64,000 nt of DNA from Nitrosopumilus sp. (GCA_965207445.1 CBDBLX010000002.1:192001-256000), one strand, 5' to 3'; positions 9,228-20,194 are shown, counted from the first letter of the stretch. A program made the numbers and translations. The notes: a model not told the origin generated them from the letters alone.

Positions 9228-11635
9228 TGGAGATCCAAATTCAGAGTATCAACGATGTTCTCCCATGGTGTAAATATCTTGAACACTGCATCCCGTTCTG
9301 ACTTGCATACCGGCACCCCGTTAAAGTCATACATTAGATTAATGGTAGCGCCACTAGAAAGAGTAAGGGAACAACCAGATGCTACATGGATTCCTAAGAA
9401 CGTGGCATCGGTGCCATTTTTTACAAATACCGGGGCTCCACTGTCTCCAGATTCACCAGGATATGAACCGCTTGTATGATTCACCAATGTTATTGCATTG
9501 TTATTGTCGTCTTTGATTTTTATCGTTATGTTCTTGTACTGGAGTCCACCTGGTCCGTCATTATGTATGCCTGCAATGTGTATGCGCGTACCTGCTTCAA
9601 GATCTTGTACACCGCCAAGAGAGGTGATATTAAGGGTATGTTCCTTATATTTGATCTTGTACGGGTGTACGGGTAGCACATCCGTAGTGACATTGATTAC
9701 AGCTGCGTCTGCCACGTTTCCACCGTCCTTTTCAATTCTAAACATAGAATCCGAATCGATTGGGCCGATTGTCTGGCCTAGTATTGGATTCCGGGAATGT
9801 AGTATCTTTATGTCGGTTTTGATGGTTTTTGTGGGGTTTACAACATGAGATGCAGTGAGCATCTTTGTACTTGTTCCGTTGTCAGTTGTAAACACCAATC
9901 CTATAGTGCCAGTTTTTATGTCCTGTTCAGAGCCAATTTTATGGTACGCGAGTATGGGATTTCCGGAAATTATGGTGCCACCTGACATGACGTTTGGCGC
10001 TTTTAAGACGTCTCTGAATTTACTGTCTATGTAATCTATAGCGTCACAATAAGATTTTTGAAATTCCATGCCGCCAATAATACATTGATTGTTGTTACCA
10101 ATTCTTACTATGAATGACTTTTTGGCCTCGTTGCCGGCATCATCAGTGGCAGAGCACTTTACGATGGTGGTTCCAATATGAAATAAGCTTCCAGAGCCTG
10201 GAATGCATGTAGGTGTGACGCTGGGGTCGACATTGTCGTGCGCGGACACAGCATATTTCATGTTTAACCCGTCTGGATCTTCTATTCCAAATATTATAGG
10301 CGCAGGAACAGTTATCACGGGAGGTTCGGTATCTTGTGTCACATAATTTACTATGACCTTGAAGGTGGCAGTGGCCTTGTTGTTTGCCTTGTCCGTGGCA
10401 GTACACGTAACTGTGGTTGTCCCCACTGCAAACTTTGTGCCGCTTGTAGGACTACATGTCACAGTGACCGCACTACTGTCATCTTGTGCCGATACATCAT
10501 ATGTGATGATGCGACCTGTACTATCTGTGGTATCGAGATCAATGTCAACAGGTTGAAGTATGACCGGAGGCGTGGTATCAGAAGGCAGTGGGATGGTCAC
10601 GGGGTTTGATGTCACGTATCCACCGCTAGTGCCTGTCAACCTGCTGTCGCTCTTGTAGTATACATACACTCTGAACTTGTATTCTTTGCCTGGATCTGGA
10701 GAGTCATACGTGTAGGTATTTGTTCGGTGTGTATCTCTGTCAATTCGATTGCCGTCCTCGTAGACATACACCCTGTAATAATTGACCTCGTACTGCGGAG
10801 TGCTCCATGTTACACGTATGTTATCGCCAGATTTCACCGCCTTTAGGCTTGAGACGGGCGGGGGCGATACTTTACTTGTGGGGGGTTTTGTAGTGGGCAC
10901 CTCGTACCCAAGCGTGTTAATCTGGGTCTTGTACGTGTTGCATCTAGCGGTGGTGTGGCTAGGTATACACTTGTTCTGGTACTGCTTGTAGTAATAACAT
11001 GCAAGTGAGCCGGTGTTCGTATCGCATGGGTTCTCTTTTGACAATGTGGGTGCGGGTGTATTGGAATCTGGATCCACGCCCTCCTCGACCAGCCGCTGCT
11101 TGTAGTATGTGCACAGTGACTGGTACCCTGGCTTTACGGGCTTGCAGCTACTGTCATAAAACGACTTCCACTGGTTGATATCATTTTGTGAGGCGTCAAG
11201 GGTAATCATGCCATATTCAATATGTACCGGTATGCCGGCATGGCCTATTGCAAACGCAACGTCCTCTGGTTCGTACGCAAAGCCTACTGCAGCTGCCATT
11301 GCATCCATCATTATGACAAGGTCACCACGCTCCTCATCCACATAAGACATTACAAATGGATAATCAGGAGTGTCAAAATTTCCCAGGCTTTGCTGTTTCA
11401 TAATGTCGGTAAGATCACTATGTGCTGCATAGAGGTCATCTGCGCGACCAACGGGTCCTATCTCATCATCAGGGCTCAGTACATGTGGATTGTCCACAAC
11501 AGGATCGTCGGACAGCTCGTCTGTTGTCTGCGCAAGCGCTGACAAGGGCAGGAATAGAGCTAATGCAAGGGCAAGAACAATAGATAACCGTAAATGTATC
11601 AATATCTGATGTGCACAAATACCAGTTAAATACAT
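9224..11635 (-). CDS. Secreted multidomain trypsin-like (S1) serine protease with Cys-rich repeats, FN3 and two HYR domains
   Basis: Signal-like N-terminus; triad TASHV / DAAVI / GDSGAPV; FN3 (VTWS...YKFRVY); HYR repeats (DTTPPVI...FAVGTTTVTCTATD). Confidence 0.82.
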   Translation of the reverse strand: MYLTGICAHQILIHLRLSIVLALALALFLPLSALAQTTDELSDDPVVDNPHVLSPDDEIGPVGRADDLYAAHSDLTDIMKQQSLGNFDTPDYPFVMSYVDEERGDLVIMMDAMAAAVGFAYEPEDVAFAIGHAGIPVHIEYGMITLDASQNDINQWKSFYDSSCKPVKPGYQSLCTYYKQRLVEEGVDPDSNTPAPTLSKENPCDTNTGSLACYYYKQYQNKCIPSHTTARCNTYKTQINTLGYEVPTTKPPTSKVSPPPVSSLKAVKSGDNIRVTWSTPQYEVNYYRVYVYEDGNRIDRDTHRTNTYTYDSPDPGKEYKFRVYVYYKSDSRLTGTSGGYVTSNPVTIPLPSDTTPPVILQPVDIDLDTTDSTGRIITYDVSAQDDSSAVTVTCSPTSGTKFAVGTTTVTCTATDKANNKATATFKVIVNYVTQDTEPPVITVPAPIIFGIEDPDGLNMKYAVSAHDNVDPSVTPTCIPGSGSLFHIGTTIVKCSATDDAGNEAKKSFIVRIGNNNQCIIGGMEFQKSYCDAIDYIDSKFRDVLKAPNVMSGGTIISGNPILAYHKIGSEQDIKTGTIGLVFTTDNGTSTKMLTASHVVNPTKTIKTDIKILHSRNPILGQTIGPIDSDSMFRIEKDGGNVADAAVINVTTDVLPVHPYKIKYKEHTLNITSLGGVQDLEAGTRIHIAGIHNDGPGGLQYKNITIKIKDDNNNAITLVNHTSGSYPGESGDSGAPVFVKNGTDATFLGIHVASGCSLTLSSGATINLMYDFNGVPVCKSERDAVFKIFTPWENIVDTLNLDLQ

Positions 11636-11868
11636 AATGATATGCCTTTTGTGAGTTCTTACAACTGTTCACCTCTCACCTTCTGTCAGACAGACATAAC
11701 AGGTGACGTGGATCAAGATGATGCTTATCGTACATGCGTGACGGACTAGATCTTTTTGTCGCAATTTTAGAGTTTTGTGTTGTCGCTGTTGATTATCATG
11801 CGTGATATCTGTTGTAGCCTTGTCAGACGTTTTGCATCCTGTAGTTTTACTTTTCTTTTGACTCAAAA

Positions 11869-12280
11869 TCAATACATTCCTTTAACGGCATCATCAAGAT
11901 TACGTTTCTCTTCCTCTTCTCGTTCTATTGCATCCTCGTATTCGTCAATATCCAAATATTTGGTTATATTTTGTATTAGTATGTTGGTAAGATCTTCTGG
12001 TTTTAGAGCGTCTAGTTCCCATGAATTACCACCATACTTGTCTGAATATTTCCCAAACGAGGATCGGTCTTTTTTGTGAAATCTGGAGGAAGATCATACT
12101 CTCCGTTCTGTTTCATGTTTACTGCTATGCGCTCTACGTTTACAAAACAATCAAACTTTCATAATCTGTCACGTATGTCTCGGACCATATCCATCCCACT
12201 AAGGGTCATGGTCACCCATGTACAGTATGTGGCAATCCATGTATTCTTGTTGTTGGTGTTTGTGCATTCTCAGAGCGACA
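11869..12280 (-). pseudogene. Toprim/DUF2399-like gene remnant typical of integrated elements
   Basis: Frameshifted fragments ILYMGDHDP, VERIAV, YDLPPD, YGGNSWELDALKP. Confidence 0.6.
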
Positions 12281-13545
12281 TTATGCATGGCGCTTACAGA
12301 TGAGTATCCCTTGTTTGCAAGCAAAAGTAATCATATGTGGAAAAAAGAAACGTAGATCTAGTATCTTTACTCGTACCTGCGGATATGGTGGTTGTATCTG
12401 TTTTGTTATTGTGATTTTCGCCTTTATCTGGCTAGTTGTTGTGGGTTTTATTGTTGCTTGTTGTAATGAACCGGAATTCTGTACTTTACCTATCTGTTCT
12501 GATGCAAGCATAACATCCGGATCGAATCCACACATTCTGGTTTGTTGTCGCCACATATCTATGAGTATCTTGCGCTTGTCTGTTTCAGAATCATATGTCT
12601 CATCAGTAGATAAAAATATCTGACTCTACTCAAATGCACGTCGCATATCCTCTGTCATCTGTTCGGTTAACTTGCCTTTGTTTGTTGTATATCTGGCCTC
12701 CATGTCACCCTTGTGTCCCATAAAGAACTGTCTGTATGAGTGAGTCATACCTCCGTGGCTTTCTGCTATTAACAACTGACTATCAAAGTATGCCTTCAGA
12801 GTGTATGGACGTATATCTAATACGTTCTTGATAACGGGTCGAATGATACCCCACTTATTGAAGTTGTTGTAAGAAATTTACCTCCATGTCCACTTAGTTT
12901 ACTCCATCCTTTGAGACGATAATCAATACCCGTAGTTAAAAGTGGCGAGTCAGGTTTTAGACGCTCCCCAAATGTCATTCTCTCATCTAGTTATCCAAGC
13001 AAGTATTCACATCCTCCTTTAGTCAAAAATGTAAAGTATTTTTTTCGAATTTTACTCAAATTTGATCGCACCACCACCATTACAGGGATATTTTCAAAAT
13101 GAGTATCATTTCCATCTAATACCAAATCTGGGAAATCCGATAACACCAACCCATCACTTTGATCTGCCAATCCCATAACTTGCGGTCTTAGACCTGCAAA
13201 GGACATCACAATGATGATCGTTTTACGTCGCGGGTCTGATGAGTCAAGTATCTTTTTCAGTTGCTCTCTATCTGGTATTATCTCATTTTGTATGCTTATT
13301 GGCACATTCGAATTGGTCACTTTAATCTTACGTCTGATCTCTATACGATTATAGTCAAACCACGGTTTTATGGCAATCATCATCACAGTAATATATCCTG
13401 GAACATACTTTTTTTCTTCCATCCACAATACATGATCCAACAATAAATTCTCAGCTTTTATTGGATTGTCTTGTCCCATTTTTATCAGTTCATATGGTGT
13501 CATTGGTGAGGACATACTCACCAGTAGAGTGTAACTTTTATCCAC
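12281..13545 (-). pseudogene. Tyrosine recombinase/integrase pseudogene
   Basis: FAGLRPQV (catalytic Arg), KYFTFL, then after frameshifts RPYTLKAYFD, FMGHKGDMEARYTTNK and a MWRQQ tail. Confidence 0.8.
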
Positions 13546-13650
13546 AACTAATGCAATGATACTTTTATGTACAAGCTCGGGTCAAATTTTTAGGCACATT
13601 TAGGGCAGTACACACAGGATCTCGTTTGCGCTTGATGATGTTATACAAAG

Positions 13651-14112
13651 TCATTCCTTGATTATTATGGTGATGTGTTTCTCAGGCTCATCGTTGACCA
13701 AAAAGTACTTGAGCAGTTCGCCATCCTGTGAATATTTTTCGTATATGCGGGTGCCATTGTCATATGTCGTACGGTAGTGAACCCAAGTCCCTCCCTCGCC
13801 ATATCCGCTGGAGAATCTCACCGATGCCTCATCGCCGTCCCAATCTGAATATCTTTCGTTTGGGGGCAATCTGTAAACATCTGCCTGCCTGTCGGGTGCA
13901 ACCAACAAGTCTATCTCCTTATTGGTTAGTGTCACACCTGTCCGAAGCATCTCCTCGTATAGCGCCACGGATATTGCCTCAAGATCCTCGCGCGATGATA
14001 TCTCTAAGACAACATTTGACCCATCATCTGATCCGACTCCCAAAAGATATCCTACAGGAAACAATAGGACTCCTGTAAGAAAAATAAAAAAGACGAAGTG
14101 ACGCGTACGCAT
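13651..14112 (-). CDS. Hypothetical membrane-anchored/secreted protein
   Basis: 153-aa ORF with an N-terminal TM, starting 4 nt after the upstream gene's stop. Confidence 0.65.
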   Translation of the reverse strand: MRTRHFVFFIFLTGVLLFPVGYLLGVGSDDGSNVVLEISSREDLEAISVALYEEMLRTGVTLTNKEIDLLVAPDRQADVYRLPPNERYSDWDGDEASVRFSSGYGEGGTWVHYRTTYDNGTRIYEKYSQDGELLKYFLVNDEPEKHITIIIKE

Positions 14113-14116
14113 ATGA

Positions 14117-15182
14117 CTACCTCTGATACACGTAACTGGTAAAGGTTATCTCTACCCTTGATTCTGATCTGGCGTTTGGATTGTACAAAAATCCAGTCTT
14201 GGTCACAGTACCATCCATGTCGTAACCTATCAATTCGCGACCCTGCACCGGATCGGTAACCTGTCCCTTTACAACTATCACGGAATCTGATATACTCCAC
14301 CCGCGCATCACTGCATGTATGTACCAGTCTTGTACATGATTCGGCCCGGGTATGACAATGCTCTCAATGTCGCTTCCAGAATTCCATTCATATCCAGAAC
14401 ATATCTCATCAATGGTCTCACAGGGGGGAATACGTTATTCGTATGTCTGCCCAATGGTTGGCAAAATTCGTCACGAATTTGATGTCTGAATCTCTACCGG
14501 TTGTGTCTTTTGAATTACAAGCCTCTACGTAACTACATAGAGAGAGGCTACCAACCATGTCCCAAAAGTCAGGATCAGTAGCGCGTATACTCGGACCAAC
14601 GTTACCGTGGTTAGTCATGTTTTTCACGGAAGACGTAAATTCGTCCACCAGTCCTATGTTGGCAATACCAACCATGTCCACTATGCGGTCGTTGATGTCC
14701 GCTAAATCAAATGGTATGTCATATTGTGTTTTGGCCCATTCCAACAGGCGGGCTTCGGCTTCTGTGGGATCGTGCGCACCTGCCAGAATTTCCTTTTGAG
14801 ACGACAGTGCCACGAGCTCATAGCCAGCCACCTCTTGCCCGATCCTAGTCTCCAGGTTATAGATACGTATATTTTCGTCGCGCATGGCCTGGTTCCAGCC
14901 ATTCTCGGACATGTTCATCTCAACATATGCTATCACAGCTTGGTGATTGAGTTGTTCTTTCACGGTAGTGGCCCTGTTCCTGTCATCTATAACACCGGTG
15001 TTTCCCAACGTGGCTTGCGTGCCGTTGGTGGGAAGATCGACGGCGTTTTGGGAGACTGCATCCGTGGAACCTATAGAACCGACTGGACCATCATCATCTT
15101 CCGTTATGGCGTTCGCGTATGTAATGCCGAATGCTATGACGAGAATCATAATAGTCGTAAGAATTACGTGTTTGTGAATCAT
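14117..15182 (-). pseudogene. Secreted hypothetical protein interrupted by frameshifts
   Basis: Signal peptide from ATG 15182. The frame closes just after a G6 run near 14423-14428; ORF 14117..14311 is the probable C-terminus. Confidence 0.55.
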
Positions 15183-15232
15183 TAAAATGCGGATTTGCAC
15201 ACTACATGATAAGCGTACGTCAGTATGGAGTC

Positions 15233-15313
15233 GTAACCGTTCAACCCCTTCCAAAATTTAGGCACAGACTCGCCGTCTAACATCTGGTGCAGGCACGGGG
15301 GTTGAACGGTTAC
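15233..15313. mobile_element. MITE family B
   Basis: GTAACCGTTCAACCCC...GGGGTTGAACGGTTAC with perfect 9-bp TSD TATGGAGTC. Confidence 0.93.
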
Positions 15314-15383
15314 TATGGAGTCTGCACTTTTATGTGCAAAATACACTACAAAGGATTATTAGTATATTGATAAGGGTGTGATC

Positions 15384-15863
15384 ATGACAGTTGCTAAAAT
15401 AGAGACTAACTTTGGAGTTATACGGTTTGAGCTTTTACCTGATCTCGCGCCAGAGCATGTTCGAAATTTTGAGAGCCTCGCCAACAGTGGATTTTATGAT
15501 GGTACATTATTTCACAGAGTAATACCTGGATTTATGATACAGGGTGGTGACCCTAACACAAAGACTACCAACAAGGGTTCTTGGGGCACGGGTGGTCCTG
15601 GGTATAACATAAAAGCAGAGTTTAACTCTCGCTCACATTTGCGTGGGATTGTATCTATGGCAAGATCACAAGATCCTGACAGTGCAGGATCTCAGTTCTT
15701 TATAGTGGTCAGTGATAGCACATTTCTTGATCGAAATTATACCGTATTTGGTAATGTTATAGAAGGCATGGATGTGGCCGATAAGATCGTAATGTTGCAA
15801 AGGGATGGAAATGATTGCCCTCAACAAGAAGCCAAAATGACTAAAGTGTCTATTGAAGCATGA
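15384..15863 (+). CDS. Cyclophilin-type peptidyl-prolyl isomerase
   Basis: FYDGTLFHRVIPGFMIQGGDP, SMAR, SAGSQFFI. Confidence 0.95.
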   Translation: MTVAKIETNFGVIRFELLPDLAPEHVRNFESLANSGFYDGTLFHRVIPGFMIQGGDPNTKTTNKGSWGTGGPGYNIKAEFNSRSHLRGIVSMARSQDPDSAGSQFFIVVSDSTFLDRNYTVFGNVIEGMDVADKIVMLQRDGNDCPQQEAKMTKVSIEA

Positions 15864-17026
15864 CACGACGTATTAGAAAATGTCATATTGGACATTTAGA
15901 ACCATCACCATCACCACAATTATCCATTTCACGATCATTGTACTTGTGTATGTTACTAGTTTGTGTTGCTGCTGCTGTTGGGACTTTGGAATCATATACT
16001 ACTGCACACGCCCAAAACATGGCATCTCAAGAATCAATAACTGTTAATTTAGGCGCAGAGAGCCATCTTGATATACATGTCAGACATGTATTATCCCCAT
16101 CAAATGAGCAGACTATACTAAATCTAGTAGGACCTGATGTATCTAACATAACAATATCGGCCGGTACCCTAGACTCTGAGCAGTTATTGTATCAGAATGT
16201 ACAAACAAACACTAGTGATGATGATGGTAGCAAGACGATACTAGTGCCGCCTACAGATGATGAGATAATTGCAGTTGAATATGTCATCCAAAATGCACTA
16301 GACCTCACAGGTATGATATACTCTATTAATTATGATTATCCCCATACTACCACCTTTTACACACCAGATAATACAGATGTAGTGCTTGTCAACGATAGAG
16401 TGATAAATCTTGAGGAGAAGAGTGGATTTGCCTGTCATGGGTGTTATATGAAGTTGGAGTATTCAGTAGATACCTCTAAACACGTACAAGAGATAAAAAT
16501 CAATGACCACACATCATTTACTACAGAAATAATATCACATACAAACACCAATCTTGAATTTGATTTGGCAACAGGTGATATCTCATTTCAGATACATGGT
16601 GATGAAAGTGATAATATTGACTCACAATTCATAACAGTTGTAATTCCTGCTGATTTGATGAACCCTCCATTTACAATTTTGCATGATGGGGCACAAACGT
16701 CACATAAAAGATTTGAAAATGGTACACACTCACACATTATAATCAAATTAGAATCAAGTGGAACATATACTATTAATGGTATGTTATCACAATTTGTAAC
16801 TGAACAACAGATACTATCCTCCTCAAAAGACACCTCTTGGTATTATTACACTGTGGTACTAGTTGTTGCCTTTGTATCAATTATTGGAATATTTGTGGCA
16901 AAGAAAATAATTTCTACTCGCCACCGGCGCCACACGTACAAAAACCAAACTCGTCAGTTCGACTCTGGCACTCTGGGCACACTTCTCCATACTCGACTTC
17001 CCATGGTTCCTTTCCAAACAATTTAA
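15860..17026 (+). CDS. Hypothetical surface protein with C-terminal TM anchor
   Basis: 388-aa ORF with signal-like segment, CHGC motif and C-terminal TM; start uncertain; tail overlaps the opposite gene. Confidence 0.65.
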   Translation: MTRRIRKCHIGHLEPSPSPQLSISRSLYLCMLLVCVAAAVGTLESYTTAHAQNMASQESITVNLGAESHLDIHVRHVLSPSNEQTILNLVGPDVSNITISAGTLDSEQLLYQNVQTNTSDDDGSKTILVPPTDDEIIAVEYVIQNALDLTGMIYSINYDYPHTTTFYTPDNTDVVLVNDRVINLEEKSGFACHGCYMKLEYSVDTSKHVQEIKINDHTSFTTEIISHTNTNLEFDLATGDISFQIHGDESDNIDSQFITVVIPADLMNPPFTILHDGAQTSHKRFENGTHSHIIIKLESSGTYTINGMLSQFVTEQQILSSSKDTSWYYYTVVLVVAFVSIIGIFVAKKIISTRHRRHTYKNQTRQFDSGTLGTLLHTRLPMVPFQTI

Positions 17027-17105
17027 GATGCACATCGATCTCTGGTGGAATCTTAAATTCCTCATCATTTTTTACCCCTGAGTTTCCGTCAGTATTTTTT
17101 TCCAT
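16914..17105 (-). CDS. Small zinc-finger protein
   Basis: 63 aa, CPEC...FCTC; resembles a conserved thaumarchaeal small protein. Confidence 0.7.
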   Translation of the reverse strand: MEKNTDGNSGVKNDEEFKIPPEIDVHLKLFGKEPWEVEYGEVCPECQSRTDEFGFCTCGAGGE

Positions 17106-17343
17106 TAATAAAATATATACACACTATGATAAATATACATCTATTTAATATACACACTATAGATTGTAAATGTCAGTCAAGTGTCAAGTGTGATGTACTA
17201 ACCTCAAAACTGAATAAACTAGTAAACTAGAGGTATAGCTGAATTGGCATGCATTACATGAGCTGCTGACTAGTACATGTTTTGTTCATCAAAGCGGTGA
17301 GATATTTTACACTTGTCACATGTGCAACTTTTCAGATGCAAAA

Positions 17344-17805
17344 TCACATGCTAGTAATACACATAGGTGAGACATATGCCTCTGTTCCATCTTTTGAATA
17401 ATTACATATGACCTCATTATCATTTGTCATATCTGTCAATACTTTTGATATGATCTTTGAGTTTGTAAGCCATCTGCTCTTTTGCATTCTTTGGGTAATC
17501 TCTTGTATGGTACGCGGGCTCTCAAAAAAGTTATCTGTATTGTGCAGTGCCCTCAACCCTTCTCTTATCTGTTGGTGTGAGTGCATTGGACCTGCATCCT
17601 CTAGCTCTGGCTCATAAAACTCTGCCTCTTTTATCTTACTATCAAAGTCACTCAAATAGTTTGGCTTGTTTTCATGCTGCTGGTTTTCTGGTATACACTT
17701 GATTAACTCTTCTACAACTTGTTGTACCGTATCATTATCAACGTAAAAGTCACGCGAGTCCACTTCAATTTCGTTTGAGCCTATCTTTATTCTAATATGT
17801 GCCAT
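17344..17805 (-). CDS. Hypothetical protein (possible C-terminal winged helix)
   Basis: 153-aa ORF; FFESPRTIQEI helix-turn-helix-like segment. Confidence 0.7.
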   Translation of the reverse strand: MAHIRIKIGSNEIEVDSRDFYVDNDTVQQVVEELIKCIPENQQHENKPNYLSDFDSKIKEAEFYEPELEDAGPMHSHQQIREGLRALHNTDNFFESPRTIQEITQRMQKSRWLTNSKIISKVLTDMTNDNEVICNYSKDGTEAYVSPMCITSM

Positions 17806-17919
17806 ATCATACTATATCGAACTATGAATATAAACACGTTATATGATTATTAAAATTGACTTGGATTTTAAATCATATGAATATGGTATGGTTAAAAACA
17901 AACTCGGCTAATACTTATC

Positions 17920-18384
17920 ATGCAAAGATCGCAAAAACTTGGCATTATAGCGCTTGTAGCTATAGGTGTTACGATATTTGGGTACACGCAATATGCATCT
18001 GCTTCTTTAATCTCTGTAAATGTGATAGACAACGAGTTGATCAGTACAAGCGCATATGGCTCAGAGTACTCTATTGAACTAGAGTTTGAGAATCCTTCTT
18101 TACTTATACTACAGGCAGGAGAGACGGAATTTGAGATTCGCGCAGACGGTGAGATAGTTGCAAGAGGTGTCTTGGAGCCATTTACACTAACACCACTCAA
18201 TGAGATTCGAGTCAATGGCACTTACCACACAGATGATGATGATGATGTGAGCATAACTGATGAGAGTGAGACTGTAATGATCGTTGGCGAGACTGAATAT
18301 GACATGTTGTTTGTCTCAATTGGTGTTCCATTTGAGTATCAGCCTACTAGTGAGCAAGCAAGAGATTTTATACGCCAGAGCTAG
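17920..18384 (+). CDS. LEA14/WHy-like membrane-anchored protein
   Basis: N-terminal TM followed by a beta-rich domain with an FENPS motif. Confidence 0.7.
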   Translation: MQRSQKLGIIALVAIGVTIFGYTQYASASLISVNVIDNELISTSAYGSEYSIELEFENPSLLILQAGETEFEIRADGEIVARGVLEPFTLTPLNEIRVNGTYHTDDDDDVSITDESETVMIVGETEYDMLFVSIGVPFEYQPTSEQARDFIRQS

Positions 18385-18393
18385 GGCGCGTGT

Positions 18394-19320
18394 ATGCTTG
18401 TTGTGTTTGGTTCTGTAGCGCTTGACACCACCCGAACCCCAAAAAAGACACTCAAAGACAAACTTGGTGGCGCATCTACTTTTGCTGCTATCTCGGCGAG
18501 CAGTTTTACCAAGACGGGACTAGTTGCAGTGGTGGGCAGTGACTTGCCTCAAAAAGATTATCAGACACTTGCTAGTCGTGTCATGGTTGATGGACTGGTA
18601 AAAAAACCTGGAAAGACGTTCAGATATGACTGCAAGTATGACAAGACATTAAGTGTCAGAACCACACTAAAAACACAACTCAACGTATTGGAAGGCTTCA
18701 AACCCACACTACCTGAGACGTATGCCTCCTCCAAATATGTTTATTTAGCGAACAGTGATCCTGATCAGAATCTAGAGATGTTGGGGAAATTTACCAACAA
18801 AGTTAGATTCTCTATGTGTGATACCATAGATTTTTGGATAAAGACAAAGCGTGCATCTGTAATCAAAATCATCAAAAAAGTTGATGCTGCTATTATGAAT
18901 GATGAGGAAGCCATACTACTTGCAAAGGGTGAGCACAACCTACTCAAATGTGCAAAAAAGATACGGGCAGAGACAGGTGTCAAATATTTGATTATAAAAA
19001 AGGGGCCGCATGGCTCACTTTTGTTTTATGGTGATAATGATGCAGTGGTGGTGGTGGCAGCACCTGCATATACTCTTGAGGGTGTAGTTGATCCGACCGG
19101 TGCAGGTGATGCCTTTGCTGGTGCTGTGATGGGGTACTTGGCAAACCTCAACAAACCTAAAGTGTCTATTGGCGATCTAAGACGATCTCTTGTTTATGGA
19201 AATGTAATGGGTTCTTTTACAGTTGAAGGGTATGGTCTTGATGGGTTACTAAAAGCAACTAATTCACCAAAAAGCATAGAGAAGCGTGCTAAAATGTATA
19301 TACAATCCCTTCCATTGTGA
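18394..19320 (+). CDS. PfkB-family carbohydrate/nucleoside kinase
   Basis: GSVALD, LGGAS, DPTGAGDAFAG signature. Confidence 0.92.
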   Translation: MLVVFGSVALDTTRTPKKTLKDKLGGASTFAAISASSFTKTGLVAVVGSDLPQKDYQTLASRVMVDGLVKKPGKTFRYDCKYDKTLSVRTTLKTQLNVLEGFKPTLPETYASSKYVYLANSDPDQNLEMLGKFTNKVRFSMCDTIDFWIKTKRASVIKIIKKVDAAIMNDEEAILLAKGEHNLLKCAKKIRAETGVKYLIIKKGPHGSLLFYGDNDAVVVVAAPAYTLEGVVDPTGAGDAFAGAVMGYLANLNKPKVSIGDLRRSLVYGNVMGSFTVEGYGLDGLLKATNSPKSIEKRAKMYIQSLPL

Positions 19321-19336
19321 TTATGGATGTAGATAA

Positions 19337-19696
19337 ATGATGAACAACTCAGATGATTCACAGACAAAGGACAGACTAGATGTAATATTTGCTCTACAGC
19401 GAGAACTTGCAGGTGTGATGAAGCAGGGCAAATATCCAAAAGAGCCAGAGGAGCGAGTATCTGCATTATGTACTGCAATAATACATGAGGCAGTAGAACT
19501 ACAACGCACAACAAACTGGAAGTGGTGGAAGACACCTACTGAATTTGACAAATCAGAGGCAAAAGAAGAGTTGATTGACATATGGCATTTTGTAGTACAG
19601 GCGTCACTAGAGTTGAATTTGACACCTGATGATATACTAGCCGAGTACAAACGAAAGAATCAGATAAATCGAGACCGGCAGAGAGATGGATACTAG
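19337..19696 (+). CDS. Dimeric dUTPase/MazG-like NTP pyrophosphatase
   Basis: EAVEL, WKWWK, EELIDIWHF, KNQINRDRQ. Confidence 0.88.
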   Translation: MMNNSDDSQTKDRLDVIFALQRELAGVMKQGKYPKEPEERVSALCTAIIHEAVELQRTTNWKWWKTPTEFDKSEAKEELIDIWHFVVQASLELNLTPDDILAEYKRKNQINRDRQRDGY

Positions 19697-19699
19697 ACT

Positions 19700-20194
19700 T
19701 TAATCTGTAATATTTGTTATACATTTTATTATTTTATTATAATCTGATACTCCTGTTTTATCAACTAGCGACACGTTTTGACTAAAGTGTTTGATCTGCT
19801 TTACAGTTGCCCTCAGATATGGGTCTGGGCTGTGTGAGTTTGATATTCTATTTGTGTTTCGTTGATCATTGTGAATTCCGTATTTGTGCAAGCAGACAAG
19901 TGAGTGTCCGGGATAGTGGCCGTGTCCATCTGTGCCACAAATGATCACTGTATGTATGTGTGGGTTTTCGTACAGAAATTTTAGCATGGCATCAATTCCT
20001 TTGTTCTCTGATAAGAGACGTCCTATGATATTGACATGTTGCAACACGTTTGGCACGGCTAGTTTTTTGAGCAGTTTGATATCACACAATGTACACACTG
20101 CAATAGATGATTCGGGGTTGCCACGGTATGACTCTTGTGGAATCGGTAACACGACTTTACATACCTCACCTAAAATATCATGTATAATGTTCAT
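19700..20194 (-). CDS. Stand-alone MtrA-like domain protein
   Basis: GNPESSIAVCTL, ENKGID, CGTDGHGHYPGHSL. Confidence 0.82.
   Translation of the reverse strand: MNIIHDILGEVCKVVLPIPQESYRGNPESSIAVCTLCDIKLLKKLAVPNVLQHVNIIGRLLSENKGIDAMLKFLYENPHIHTVIICGTDGHGHYPGHSLVCLHKYGIHNDQRNTNRISNSHSPDPYLRATVKQIKHFSQNVSLVDKTGVSDYNKIIKCITNITD

Noticed and set aside
13575..13615. attR site or MITE B relic upstream of the integrase
   Set aside because: No match to the tRNA-Val 3' end, and only a short TTTAGGCAC similarity without TIRs.
15183..15254. N-terminal extension of ORF 14418..15254
   Set aside because: Its start lies inside the MITE; the ATG at 15182 precedes the signal peptide.
19700..20194. MtrA as evidence of methanogenesis
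   Set aside because: Stand-alone domain with no other mtr genes; such homologs are known in non-methanogens, including Thaumarchaeota.
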